Of a DNA stretch of 64,000 bases, positions 27,367 through 38,775 are shown one piece after another. How positions within the stretch are numbered: the stretch's first letter is position 1; every line of letters starts with the position of its first letter. The position numbers and the translations under genes were made by a program. The notes under the pieces were generated by a model. It did not search any database. It was not told where the DNA came from and worked only from the letters and a program-made list of their open reading frames with translations. Origin of the DNA: Candidatus Woesearchaeota archaeon (GTDB taxonomy: Archaea; Nanobdellota; Nanobdellia; Woesearchaeales; WJIZ01); assembly GCA_014729995.1 (NCBI GenBank), contig WJIZ01000041.1, positions 10,584 to 74,583 on the forward strand, in the 5' to 3' direction.

Positions 27367-27489
27367 GCGCCAGTTGTCCAGTGGTTAAGATACGGCCTTG
27401 CCACGCGCTAAGATTTCCTGCGGAAATCCGCTGGCTTTGCGCTAGCGCGCAAAGAGGCTGTGACCCGAGTTCGAATCTCGGCTGGCGCA
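27367..27489 (+). tRNA. tRNA-Gly(GCC) with 51-nt canonical intron (27404-27454)
   Basis: Acceptor GCGCCAG/CTGGCGC; BHB TTGC-CAC...GCAA-AGA. Confidence 0.92.
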
Positions 27490-27540
27490 TACTTTTTTAA
27501 CAAATTTTATAAAGCACTTTCTTTTCTCAGTCCCTAATTT

Positions 27541-27660
27541 GGCCCCATAGCTCAGTCTGGTTAGAGCGCCGGTCTTATATGGCCACGTTCTAAGCATCTG
27601 GCTCGAAGAGAGCCGGAGGTCCGGAGTTCAAAATCATCGATGAAAGTCTCCGTGGGGCCA
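27541..27660 (+). tRNA. tRNA-Ile(TAT) with 37/38 intron (27580-27610) and T-loop 59/60 intron (27633-27646)
   Basis: Acceptor GGCCCCA/TGGGGCC; CCGGT-CT TAT A|..|A-GCCGG; BHB TTCA-AAA...TGAA-AGT. Confidence 0.9.
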
Positions 27661-27669
27661 TTTCTTATT

Positions 27670-27879
27670 ATGGTATCAAAAGAATTCTTAAAAGATGAGA
27701 TAAATAAGATTGAAAACACGTTTAGGCAGAAAGCAGAAGAAAAGCCCTACCTGATACATAAGGAAAAGAAATTCTACAAAGAGGCAAAAAGCATCTTGGA
27801 GAAAGATGCGGATATTAGCTCAGGCTATGTGAAAAACTGGCTAAGGGGCTATAGGAAAAGAAAATTTAGTAAGCTTTAA
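27670..27879 (+). CDS. Small hypothetical protein
   Basis: ATG immediately after tRNA-Ile; 69 aa, charged. Confidence 0.45.
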   Translation: MVSKEFLKDEINKIENTFRQKAEEKPYLIHKEKKFYKEAKSILEKDADISSGYVKNWLRGYRKRKFSKL

Positions 27880-27905
27880 AAATCCACTAAATTCTCTAAC
27901 TCTAA

Positions 27906-27980
27906 GCTCCCATGGTGTAGTCCGGCCAATCATTCCGGCTTTTCGAGCCGAAGACGTGGGTTCAAATCCCGCTGGGAGCA
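27906..27980 (+). tRNA. tRNA-Glu(TTC), intronless
   Basis: Acceptor GCTCCCA/TGGGAGC; CGGC-TT TTC GA-GCCG; GGTTCAAATCC. Confidence 0.93.
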
Positions 27981-28027
27981 TATTTTTTTTCCTAAACTTT
28001 TTATAAGACAATATATTTTCCGTTCTT

Positions 28028-28150
28028 ATGAAATGCCCGTACTGCAACCATGAGGCTGATATCCAGCAACTCACATCAGAATGTTCAGGAGAAGGCGACG
28101 AGAATGAAATATTATGCTATTGTAAGAATTGCAATAAGAGACTAGGCTAG
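28028..28150 (+). CDS. 40-aa CPxC zinc-finger microprotein (not in the ORF track)
   Basis: MKCPYCNHE...YCKNCNKRLG; TTTATAA box about 25 bp upstream. Confidence 0.7.
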   Translation: MKCPYCNHEADIQQLTSECSGEGDENEILCYCKNCNKRLG

Positions 28151-29235
28151 TCATTTCTCCATTTTCTGCTGATAAACTTCCTGTTAACATCATGCAAAGC
28201 AACTATAAACAGGCTTTCGCTCCAGCCAAGAGGAGTATTCTCATTATATTTTTTTGAATTGGAAAAATACAGCTCGGGCATCCCCCTATAAGTATCGACA
28301 TCGATAGCTTTCCCGATAAATTCTCTGGCTTTTTTCTTGTTTCCCAATCTCTCGTAGATTATGGCAAGCCAGCTCAGCCCAAATGTCCATTCAGCCTCTT
28401 CGCTGAATCCGTCAGGGTTTTTATTGTAATAATGGTCATTCTTGTATCTTATGATTCCCTTGCTTCTTAACAGGAGATATTCAACATTCTTCAGGATTTC
28501 ATCTCTTTGTTTCTTGGTAACAATGTTATAGGGCCATATCAATGATAGCAAAGCCAAATCCACGAACTTGGTTTTTGACTCTCTCGGAAGCAAATGCCTT
28601 AATGTCACCTCCCCCTTTTTTACCAGCTCAGGATTGACATTTATCTTGTCCAGGTTGGTTACAGCTTTCAGCCCTGCAACGCATGCCCCCACCGAGGACA
28701 CATGCACCTCTTCGTTCTCCTCCCACATCCCTGAGTCTGAATCATGCCAGTATTCAACACTTTCCAGGTATTTTACAAGCTTATTTGCTATGCGGATATG
28801 CTCTTCAGAATTGAGGATGCTTCTTCCATGGTGGTGCTCTAATTCGCCTATCCTGAAAAGGATAGCCCCTATGCTGTCATTCTGCTTATTGCCCCATTCC
28901 TCCCAGAATTCATCGAAAGTTTCCGGATGGAAACGCGCATGGATATACTCATGGCGGTGCTGCGGCTTATGGCGTATGGCATAATCGATTTTATACTCAT
29001 GCTTTAGGAATATGTTCAATAATGCATTATAAGTTTTCTCTACAGTATCCCAGTCATTGATAATCTCGAATGCCAGGCATTCATAAAAATTGTCCCTTAG
29101 CCAGGATTTGTCATAACCTGTATTTACTTTCTTGCTGGATGCAGCAAAAAGCCCTGATTTGTATTGGAGCCCTTTAAGGATCTTAATGTGCTGTTTTATC
29201 AGCTTTTTATACGTGAGCTTTGGCTTTTTTGCCAT
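28147..29235 (-). CDS. GH15-like glycoside hydrolase (phosphorylase kinase alpha/beta-like)
   Basis: YDKSWLRD, QND, DSGMWEE, SSVG and PLGWSES motifs. Confidence 0.8.
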   Translation of the reverse strand: MAKKPKLTYKKLIKQHIKILKGLQYKSGLFAASSKKVNTGYDKSWLRDNFYECLAFEIINDWDTVEKTYNALLNIFLKHEYKIDYAIRHKPQHRHEYIHARFHPETFDEFWEEWGNKQNDSIGAILFRIGELEHHHGRSILNSEEHIRIANKLVKYLESVEYWHDSDSGMWEENEEVHVSSVGACVAGLKAVTNLDKINVNPELVKKGEVTLRHLLPRESKTKFVDLALLSLIWPYNIVTKKQRDEILKNVEYLLLRSKGIIRYKNDHYYNKNPDGFSEEAEWTFGLSWLAIIYERLGNKKKAREFIGKAIDVDTYRGMPELYFSNSKKYNENTPLGWSESLFIVALHDVNRKFISRKWRND

Positions 29236-29367
29236 TTTGCAAATTACTCAGAATAAAGTTAATAAATTTTACTAATTAACTTAAAACCCGGATAAAAAAT
29301 TTCATCCTTTCAAAGCACTTTTTCCAACAGATAACTTATTAAATAGGAAAGCCCCGCTTTTTGGCAT

Positions 29368-29622
29368 ATGAACCATATAACTCTAATTGGCCTGGCAGCA
29401 GCTGCCCTGACAACCCTAGCTTTCTTGCCGCAGGCAATAAGGGTTTGGAAATTGAGGGAAACAAGGGATTTGGCGCTCAGCACCTTTATGATGTTTACAG
29501 TTGGCGTTTTCTTATGGCTTGTGTACGGCCTATTAAGGAATGATCTGCCTGTTATAATGGCAAATCTCATCACGTTTATTCTTGCCGCAACCATCCTGGG
29601 GTTTAAGTTTAAGTACGGTTGA
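29368..29622 (+). CDS. SemiSWEET/PQ-loop transporter
   Basis: TTLAFLPQ, GVFLWLVYG and PVIMAN; three TM segments. Confidence 0.9.
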   Translation: MNHITLIGLAAAALTTLAFLPQAIRVWKLRETRDLALSTFMMFTVGVFLWLVYGLLRNDLPVIMANLITFILAATILGFKFKYG

Positions 29623-29713
29623 TGCGATAGTTTTTTAAAACAGCCTTGTTTCTCCATTTAAACAAAACTATTGGGAGGTAAAGTAATCCGCGTAACTGCA
29701 GGAGAAGCAACAC

Positions 29714-29815
29714 ATGAAAAGAAGTTCAAGGCGCTGGAAAAAGAAGCGCCAGATGCGCTGGAAATGGCAGCGTAAAAGGATGAAAAAGGAAAAAAGAAAG
29801 AGAGCTAAGAAGTAA
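29714..29815 (+). CDS. rpl41e: Ribosomal protein eL41/eS32-like (not in the ORF track)
   Basis: MKRSSRRWKKKRQMRWKWQRKRMKKEKRKRAKK, preceded by a GGAG SD. Confidence 0.85.
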   Translation: MKRSSRRWKKKRQMRWKWQRKRMKKEKRKRAKK

Positions 29816-29862
29816 AATTCTGAATTCTAATTTTTTCAATTCATTTAAAACTCAAGTAAATA

Positions 29863-31887
29863 TCAATTAGGATTATCGCTGTAATCTACCCCTCTCAGTT
29901 TTTGACTTGCAGATACAAAATCACTAAGCCTGTAATGATTGCCTTTAGATGTTGCAATCTCGATATCTCGCTGTGAAGCGTCATTAATAATATTTCTAAC
30001 CTCATCTAAAGTCATTCCTGAAGACAAGTTGGCTATATCTTCAATACTATAAAACTCCATTCCCATATAGAGAAATACACTGTTAGGTTCTGCATTTCTC
30101 TTTCTCCCATCAAATTCTTCTGATTTCAAAGCCTTTGCAATCTCCCCTAAAAATGCACGCTCTACAAAATAACATGGAGAGTCTTTTTTAGACATATTGA
30201 TTATAAATGGTTTAAGTGTATTTTCTGTGCTGTTTTGACTGAATATTTCGTGGTACTTCTCAATATAGTTTGCTATGGGTTCAAATCCCTCATAAGAATT
30301 AAATAGGTCATATAACGGCACCATACCGATGGCAGCATCTTGCAGGCTAGTTATTTCGCTGCCTGTTACAACATTGCAGTCTTCAGGCACATTCACTCCC
30401 TCATTGTTCATAATATACCTAGCCCCGCCAAGACTGTAAGCGCAATGCGCGGCAAATTCAGCGGCAGTATAAACCTTCTGCGGATGAAGAGGCTTGCTTC
30501 TGCTTTCTCTCTCTAGTCGCTCCGCTGCCAATTTTTCTAATATTTTGTTCCTCTCTAAAAAGAAATTACCTATTTCGCTTCCTCTTGTTGTTGAGGTATC
30601 TGCTAAATGAAGCGCCACAGCCTCTTCAACAGCCAACTGGGTTCTATTGCAATAATCTTGGGGTTTTGTGCTTGATGTAACATTAAGCATTGGGTTTCTT
30701 TCATACAATACTATCTTTCTATCTTTGGGCAAATATAATGCAGGAGTAGAGCTTTCATTAACACCATCTATACTGATATTAACATCCCTTGAAATAGCTC
30801 CAGTGTCTAAAGCAGCAAGTTCCGAAACTATTTTTCTAGCAGCAGTAAGTCCCCTTTTTCTCATTTCTTTGATTGTGTTCACTTTTTTATTCTGCTCAAC
30901 GTAATTCTTTATACTATATAGATTGTGCTCTACCAGCTCTTGAAGCTCCTTATATCCTGGATGGTCATCGCTTAACCTGCCCCTATCAAGAAGAATCGCT
31001 TTATGCAATTCATCAGCATGCAACACAATCACTGTCTTGCTGGCTATTGCCATGCCGAATTTAGCTAAATCCGTAAATGCAAGCGGATCTCCGTATCTCC
31101 TGCCATGCACATATATGTTTATTCCTCTTTCTCCGTCAGGAACTTTCCGATCCATCACATATATCCATCCATTCACATTTCCCATATGATTCCCGATGCC
31201 TTCGATTTTAAACTTATTTTTCGAATCAAATCTTCTGGGCAAAACCTCTTCATTGTTAATATAAACTTTGAAGTCGGGCAAAAGCGGAAGTTCCATTCTT
31301 ATTGTCTGAGCAAGTTTTTTTAGATTAATCCAATCAGGATTCTGGAACCTTTTGTTGTGCATTTTAATAGTGGTGCCATGAGCCTCCGGATCACAATCAT
31401 GTTCTATAACTTTTAGTTCCACACCAACTTGAATATCCCCCTCGAATTTTTCCATAACCACTGTCTCAAGGCCGTCTCTTTTGGTTTTCATCTCATAGCT
31501 TTCAGCTAGTTTTTTCAAGACTAAGGTAGCTGTTCCATGGCCGCCTAACCTTCTTCTCCCTTTCGGGGAATATGGCTTGGATTTAATTATACTATCTCCA
31601 AGTCGGTAAAAATCTTGCAATCCATTATCTTTGCTCATGCCCACACCATCATCAGAATTAATAAAAAGACCTTTTTCAGGAATTGTTATAATATCAACTC
31701 TGGTTGCATCAGCATTGTAAGAATTCGAAATTTGTTCTATTACAGCACCTATATCATTGCTCTGAACTTTTTGGGCTGTACTTTCCGCCAGGTCCCTACC
31801 ATAATACCTTTTTATCCCCCCAACTGCTCTTTGACTTGGCGTATTTTTAGAATTAGCTCCTTTTTGTTTTCTCTCACCCTCCTTCAT
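29863..31887 (-). CDS. GHKL (MORC/Hsp90-like) ATPase with long unknown C-terminal region
   Basis: EQISNSYNADA (N-box), DDGVGM (G1), GGHGTA (G2), HGTTI, and an S5-like GINIYVHGR segment. Confidence 0.75.
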   Translation of the reverse strand: MKEGERKQKGANSKNTPSQRAVGGIKRYYGRDLAESTAQKVQSNDIGAVIEQISNSYNADATRVDIITIPEKGLFINSDDGVGMSKDNGLQDFYRLGDSIIKSKPYSPKGRRRLGGHGTATLVLKKLAESYEMKTKRDGLETVVMEKFEGDIQVGVELKVIEHDCDPEAHGTTIKMHNKRFQNPDWINLKKLAQTIRMELPLLPDFKVYINNEEVLPRRFDSKNKFKIEGIGNHMGNVNGWIYVMDRKVPDGERGINIYVHGRRYGDPLAFTDLAKFGMAIASKTVIVLHADELHKAILLDRGRLSDDHPGYKELQELVEHNLYSIKNYVEQNKKVNTIKEMRKRGLTAARKIVSELAALDTGAISRDVNISIDGVNESSTPALYLPKDRKIVLYERNPMLNVTSSTKPQDYCNRTQLAVEEAVALHLADTSTTRGSEIGNFFLERNKILEKLAAERLERESRSKPLHPQKVYTAAEFAAHCAYSLGGARYIMNNEGVNVPEDCNVVTGSEITSLQDAAIGMVPLYDLFNSYEGFEPIANYIEKYHEIFSQNSTENTLKPFIINMSKKDSPCYFVERAFLGEIAKALKSEEFDGRKRNAEPNSVFLYMGMEFYSIEDIANLSSGMTLDEVRNIINDASQRDIEIATSKGNHYRLSDFVSASQKLRGVDYSDNPN

Positions 31888-32120
31888 CTTAAATACTTTC
31901 AAATTAGCTCTTAATTTTTAAATATATATCCATTTGAAAATAAGGTTCGGAATATATATAAAATATAATTCATATAAGATTTATATTAAACTAAGTTTTT
32001 TCTTTGTAAATCTAATTCTAAACCCTAACACAAAATATTTAAACAATGAAATCTACATATTCATTAAAGGAAATAAAATCGCCTGTTTTTTATTATTTTT
32101 TTCTATATATTTCAGAAGCA

Positions 32121-32136
32121 AAAGCTTTATAAATAC
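32121..32136 (+). promoter_or_regulatory. Putative rRNA operon promoter (BRE/TATA)
   Basis: AAAGCTTTATAAATAC about 160 bp upstream of the 16S gene. Confidence 0.5.
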
Positions 32137-32286
32137 AATAAATTTCCAAAAATGCTATCGCCCCCAATTTTGTTTTAGATATACCAATTCTAAAAAACAC
32201 AAACAAATAGGCGATTTAATGCGTACTTGATACAGCTATCAAGTACAGGAAGGAAACAATCCCGACAATTTTAATTGCGACTATTA

Positions 32287-33795
<1,509 letters not shown>

Positions 33796-33821
33796 TTATT
33801 TTCATAAGCATCATAGGAGAT

Positions 33822-33921
33822 ACCCATGGGCTTGAGCGAACTTCGAGCTTTGCTCGAGGGCTTGTAAGCTTTGCTTACAAAAGCAAAACTCATATGGGTT
33901 GATAAGGGCGAAGCCCTTATC
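33822..33921. repeat. Cluster of triloop hairpins in the ITS
   Basis: CTTCGAGC-TTT-GCTCGAGG, TTGTAAGC-TTT-GCTTACAA and GATAAGGGC-GAA-GCCCTTATC. Confidence 0.7.
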
Positions 33922-34004
33922 GCAGGATCACATCCTTTCCTTTTTAATGCAAAAGGAATTGTTTCCTTCATTTTTCATATTTGATGAGCATTTCGGCCTT
34001 TCAA

Positions 34005-34102
34005 GGGCCCGTAGCTCAATGGTATTTCAAGTTATGCTTGAAACATGAAAGAGCGTCGCCCTTGCAAGGCGGAGGTTTCGGGTTCAAATCCCGACGGGTC
34101 CA
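34005..34102 (+). tRNA. tRNA-Ala(TGC) in the ITS, with D-loop intron (about 34025-34048)
   Basis: Acceptor GGGCCCG/CGGGTCC; TCGCC-CT TGC AA-GGCGG; intron hairpin TTCAAGT/GCTTGAA. Confidence 0.92.
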
Positions 34103-35354
34103 TATGCCTATGCAACATTTTACAAAATGTTGCATATTTGCTTCAGCCCAAATTGGCATATATCATATTCATTTTATCATAAATCATCGTCAATGCATAT
34201 TGGCGATGGTTCGGACGAGACGCCTTCTTTCCTGGGAGGTAGAATATCTATTCATGTTGATGAGGCCATGCATTAAAGTTAGATTAAGCTATTAGGTGGA
34301 TGACTAGGCTCAAGAGCCGAAGAAGGTCGTGACAAGCTACGATATTTTCAGGGTAGAGGCAAGTACTCTTTGATCCTGAAGTCACTGAATCCGTCCTCGG
34401 TTTATATTCGTAAGAATAGGGAACGCAGGGAAGTGAAACATCTCAGTACCTGCAGGAGAAGAAATCAATTGAGATTCCGCAAGTAAAGGCGATTGAACAC
34501 GGAAAAGAGCAAACTGAATTCTTGGCAGCAATGTCAGGAAAATGTGGTGTGCAGACTGCCTTTAAGGTCTTTTTGGGAAGCTGAAGTCCCCTGGAAAGAG
34601 GCACTATAGAGTGTGATAGTCACGTAAGCGTAACTGGAAAGATCCCCGGCAGTATCTCGAGTAGGGTCCACTGGATACTGGACCTGAATAGGAGGCATCA
34701 ACTTCTAACTCTAAATACTCCTTGAGTCCGATAGCGTACTAGTACCGTGAGGGAAAGTTGAAAAGAACCCTTGACAGGAAGTTCAAAGACCCTGAAACCT
34801 AATAGCTATAGTGTGTCACTGCTTTTCGAAGTTGTGACGTGCGTTTCGAATAACGTGCCAGGGAGTTTATCTGAGTGGCGAGACGGAAGTCTAAGCGAAA
34901 GCAAAAGTCCGCAGCTTGCCAGGGACAAGGTATGATAAGTGCCTCATAGTCACTTGGATATGACCCGAAGCCGGGCGATCTAACCCTGAGTAAGGTGAAG
35001 CGGCCTTAACCGGTCGTGGAGGCCTGTAGAGGTGCTACGTGCAAGTGCTCTCTTAACTCGGGGCTAGGGGTGAAAAGCCAATCGAGCCCGGGAATAGCTG
35101 GTTCCTATCGAAATTGGCCGTAGTCAAGTTTGGATTGAGATGATAAAGACAGTAGAGCTACGGATTGGGGATTTAGGGGGAGAAATCCCTCGGTTTCTCG
35201 ACCAACTCCAAACGTCTTTATATCGCAGAAATCTAAAAACGGCGGCTCGTCGTAAGGGTGAGTCGCGAGAGGGGAACAACCCAAACTATAGTTAAGGTCC
35301 CAAAATATTGTCTAAGTGTCAAAGGGTGAAAGGTGTCCATTGTCACAGACAGCG

Positions 35355-35387
<33 letters not shown>

Positions 35388-36528
35388 AAGTGCGTAACAG
35401 CTTACTTGTCAAGATGATGGGTCCTGAAAATGGACGGGGCTAAGGCAATTACCGATACTATAGAGCGAAAGTTTGGTAGGTAGGCGTTCTGCATGGACAG
35501 AAGTATTTTCGGGAGAAAATATGGACCGTGTAGAAATGAAAATCCTGGCGATAGTAAGAAAAAAGTAGAGTTAGAATCTCTACCACCGAAAGGGCAAGGG
35601 TTCCTTGACAATGGAAATCAGTCAAGGGTTAGTCGGCTCTAACCAAGTCCTTAACTGGACAATGGGAAAGAGAAACAGGTTAATATTCCTGTACTGTTTG
35701 AGTATTAGCGGCAACGCAAGCCTTATTTCTGACATCTTGGAGTAGGCTGACATTGCTTGTCTGCAATGTTAATCAGAATAAATCAGGGGAGTATCATAAT
35801 GATGAGATCCTGATTAAATCAGAGAACAGCATCTCTTGGGATGTTCAGCTCATCTCTGGGATCCATGAAAAAGGAATAAGGAGAAATCTCAGATAGCCGT
35901 ACCCAGATCCAGCACTGGTGCCCCTAGGTAAGAAGCCTAAGGTGCTCAAGGATAATCTAACTAAGGGAATTCGGCAAATTGGCCCCGTGCCTTCGGCATA
36001 AGGGGTCCCTGCGTTTGTGCAAGCGATTGCAGGGTGCAATAACAAAGGAGGTCCGACTGTTTAACAAAAACTTAACTGACTGCCAGCCTGAAAAGGTGTG
36101 TATAGTCAGTGACGTCTGCCCAGTGCGCGTACTTTAAACTCCTATTCAAGGGAGCTAAGAGCGCGTAAACGGCGGGGGTAACTATAACTCTCTTAAGGTA
36201 GCGAAATGCCTTGCCGTTTGATTGACGGCCTGCATGAATGGCGTAACGAGATCTCCACTGTCCCTAGTTAGAACCTTCCGAACAAATTTACTGGTGCAAA
36301 GGCCAGTGATCTCCAGTGGGAAGCGAAGACCCCGTGAAACTTTACTGTAGCTTGTTGTTGTGATGCGAACCTCGATGCAGAGCGTAGGTAGGAGTCGCAA
36401 AAGCTTAAGTTCCGGCTTGAGTGTAGACAACCATGTAACACTACCCTTCGAGATTCGCATTGCTGACCTCGAAAGAGGGACATCGGCAGGTGGACAGTTT
36501 GGCTGGGGTGGCACCCCGTCGAAAAGAT

Positions 36529-36577
36529 ACGGGAAATCAGAGGTTTTGGAATAAAGTCTCGTGATACTCGACTTTAT
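36529..36577 (+). other. BHB-like intron in 23S rRNA (helix 81 loop, about E. coli 2272)
   Basis: AAAG-ATA...CTTT-ATA; removal gives CCCCGTCGAAAAGATATCGACGGGG. Confidence 0.8.
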
Positions 36578-36841
36578 ATCGACGGGGCCCAACGGTTGGC
36601 TCATCTGGGTCAGAAATCCAGAGTAGAGTGCAAGAGCAAAAGTCAGCCTGACTGGATTTATACTAAGATTAAATCCAGGTACGAAAGTGTGGTCTAGCGA
36701 ACCTCTAAGTCCTCCTTGATGGGGGCTAGAGATGACCAAAAAGTTACTCCGGGGATAACAGAGTTGTCGCGCCCGAGAGCTCATATCGACGGCGCGGCTT
36801 GCTACATCGATGTCGGCTCTTCCTATCCTGGGCATGCAGAA

Positions 36842-36884
36842 ACATGATGCCTTCTGCAATTATGCTGAAGACGTTAGTCTGTAG
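36842..36884 (+). other. BHB-like intron in 23S rRNA (helix 91 loop, about E. coli 2534)
   Basis: GCAG-AAA...CTGT-AGG; removal gives GGGCATGCAGAAGTGTCCAAGGGT. Confidence 0.8.
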
Positions 36885-37397
36885 GTGTCCAAGGGTGGGG
36901 GTGTTCACCCATCAAAAGGGATCGTGAGCTGGGTTCAGTACGCTGCGAGGCAGTATGTTTGATATCTACTGGAGATGTCTGGTATCTGAGAGGAAGGATC
37001 CTCTAGTACGAGAGGAACGAGGGTTCGGCGCCTCTGGTCCGCCTGTTATCTGACAAGGTATGCAGGGCAGCTACGCGCCAAGGGATAAGTGCTGAAAGCA
37101 TCTAAGTACGAAGCCCGCCTCGAAAAGAGATACCCTAGAACCCTCCTAAAACAGGAGTTTGATAGAGCTGGTGTGTAAGTGCCAAGCTTCGGCGAGGTAT
37201 TCAGCATGCAGCTACTAAAAGTTCATACCTTAACTTAAATGCATGGCCTTTTCTTTTTTATTCTTTGGGTTAATAAGATATTTTAGATTGTGGTTATAGC
37301 TTCAGCTCTATTCTGTCAAACATGCTTTCGCAGCAGGTTAAGTAACCTGGTATTTCATTTCCAAAACCCTTAAAAACGATTCCATTTTCTTTTTTTT

Positions 37398-37937
37398 ATG
37401 CAATTAAAGGAGAAACTTGCAGCATTGCAAAAAAGCAAAATATTTCTCGATTGGAAAAAGAAGAATAAGGATTCTTACCTTGCGCACATATTCAGGATGT
37501 TCGACGAGGCAAACAAAGGAATATGGCAGTTCGGCTATTATAATCCTGACGACACAATAACTACCTTCGTAGTTGAAAAGGAAAAAGTCAAGGAGGTGCC
37601 GGAGCAGGAGATTTTCAGGAAAGGCAGGCACAGGCTTCCCCCTTTAGCAATTGGGAAAATAAAACTCAGCTTTGAGGAATCTCTTAAGGCAGCAAAGGAG
37701 CTTCAGGAAAAAAAATATCCTAAGCACCCGATAATGAAAGAAATAGCAATCCTGCAGAAGCTGGAAAATGACCAGATTTACAACATAACCTTTGTAACTC
37801 AGACTTTAGGCACCATAAACATACATTTAGATACTGAAACAGGAGAAATCAAGTCGGATAAGTTTACTTCATTAATGGACATAGCCAAATTCGAAAAGGG
37901 CGGGAAAGATAAAAAAGATACGGAATATATCGGCTGA
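37398..37937 (+). CDS. Conserved-looking hypothetical protein
   Basis: 179-aa ORF with normal codon usage; WQFGYY segment. Confidence 0.7.
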   Translation: MQLKEKLAALQKSKIFLDWKKKNKDSYLAHIFRMFDEANKGIWQFGYYNPDDTITTFVVEKEKVKEVPEQEIFRKGRHRLPPLAIGKIKLSFEESLKAAKELQEKKYPKHPIMKEIAILQKLENDQIYNITFVTQTLGTINIHLDTETGEIKSDKFTSLMDIAKFEKGGKDKKDTEYIG

Positions 37938-38003
37938 GTTGTATATTTTAAAGAAAAGATTAATTTAAAAATAAGCAGCCATTCACAAAAAAGGGGATAA
38001 AAA

Positions 38004-38435
38004 ATAGTTCAGCTAAAGATACAGCGGATTTCTGATGTCACATTGCCATGCTACGCGCATGAGGGCGATGCAGGCATGGACTTATATTCGTCAGTTGATC
38101 ATATTCTTAAGCCGGGGGAAAGGAAATTGGTTCCTACAGGCATCAGGATAGCGGTGCCTTCTGGATACGAGGCTCAGGTCAGGCCGAAATCCGGTTTGGC
38201 TTTAAAGCACGGCATATCTATAGTTAATACTCCCGGCACAATAGATTGCCAGTATAGGGGTGAGGTCGGAGTGATATTGATAAATCTTGGAAAGGAAGAT
38301 TTTGTTGTACGAAAGAACAGCAAGATAGCGCAGTTGGTTATAAACAAGGTCGAACAGGCAGAGATAGATGAAGTGAATATGCTTGACAAAACAGCCAGGG
38401 GAGAAGGGGGGTTTGGCAGTACTGGTCTCGAGTGA
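38004..38435 (+). CDS. dut: dUTPase (start at ATA 38004 or TTG 38043)
   Basis: [25 protein letters not shown] and [10 protein letters not shown] motifs. Confidence 0.93.
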   Translation: MVQLKIQRISDVTLPCYAHEGDAGMDLYSSVDHILKPGERKLVPTGIRIAVPSGYEAQVRPKSGLALKHGISIVNTPGTIDCQYRGEVGVILINLGKEDFVVRKNSKIAQLVINKVEQAEIDEVNMLDKTARGEGGFGSTGLE

Positions 38436-38557
38436 TTATAAAACTTTATAAGCAAGCATGTTTGGAAAAATCAAGATGGGAAATATAAGCTACAATACTT
38501 TGGTTAAAAATAAGAGATTAGGTGATTTTTTAGATAAGGATTTGGGGGTGGAAAATA

Positions 38558-38683
38558 ATGAAAAACAGGAGGATGAAGTACTTTAGTCTTGATAAGATAC
38601 CTTACCTATATGATATCGATGACGAATTGCTTCCTTTCAACGGACAGATGTCTTTAGATCCTGAACTTAAGATTGCAGGTTAG
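38558..38683 (+). CDS. Possible 41-aa microprotein
   Basis: GGGGGTG SD-like element before the ATG; MKNRRMKYFSLDKIPYLYDIDDELLPFNGQMSLDPELKIAG. Confidence 0.3.
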   Translation: MKNRRMKYFSLDKIPYLYDIDDELLPFNGQMSLDPELKIAG

Positions 38684-38775
38684 TTCTTAAGCTTGTTATT
38701 TTTTTTGTCTCGAATACCCAGATATAGAAAATATCAGAAAAATTTATAAATAATTTTTTATTATTAGGTAGTAAA

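Noticed and set aside
29624..29708. Inverted repeats upstream of rpl41e (CGATAGTTTT/AAAACTATTG and GTTTCTCC/GGAGAAGC)
   Set aside because: They probably straddle the promoter and are short and AT-rich, so evidence for a regulatory RNA is insufficient.
37236..37397. Possible 5S rRNA after the 23S gene
   Set aside because: No 5S motifs seen; the segments pair with the pre-23S leader as processing stems.
38476..38586. 36-aa ORF downstream of dut
   Set aside because: It has a TATA-like box upstream but no motif, and it overlaps another short ORF; too weak to call.
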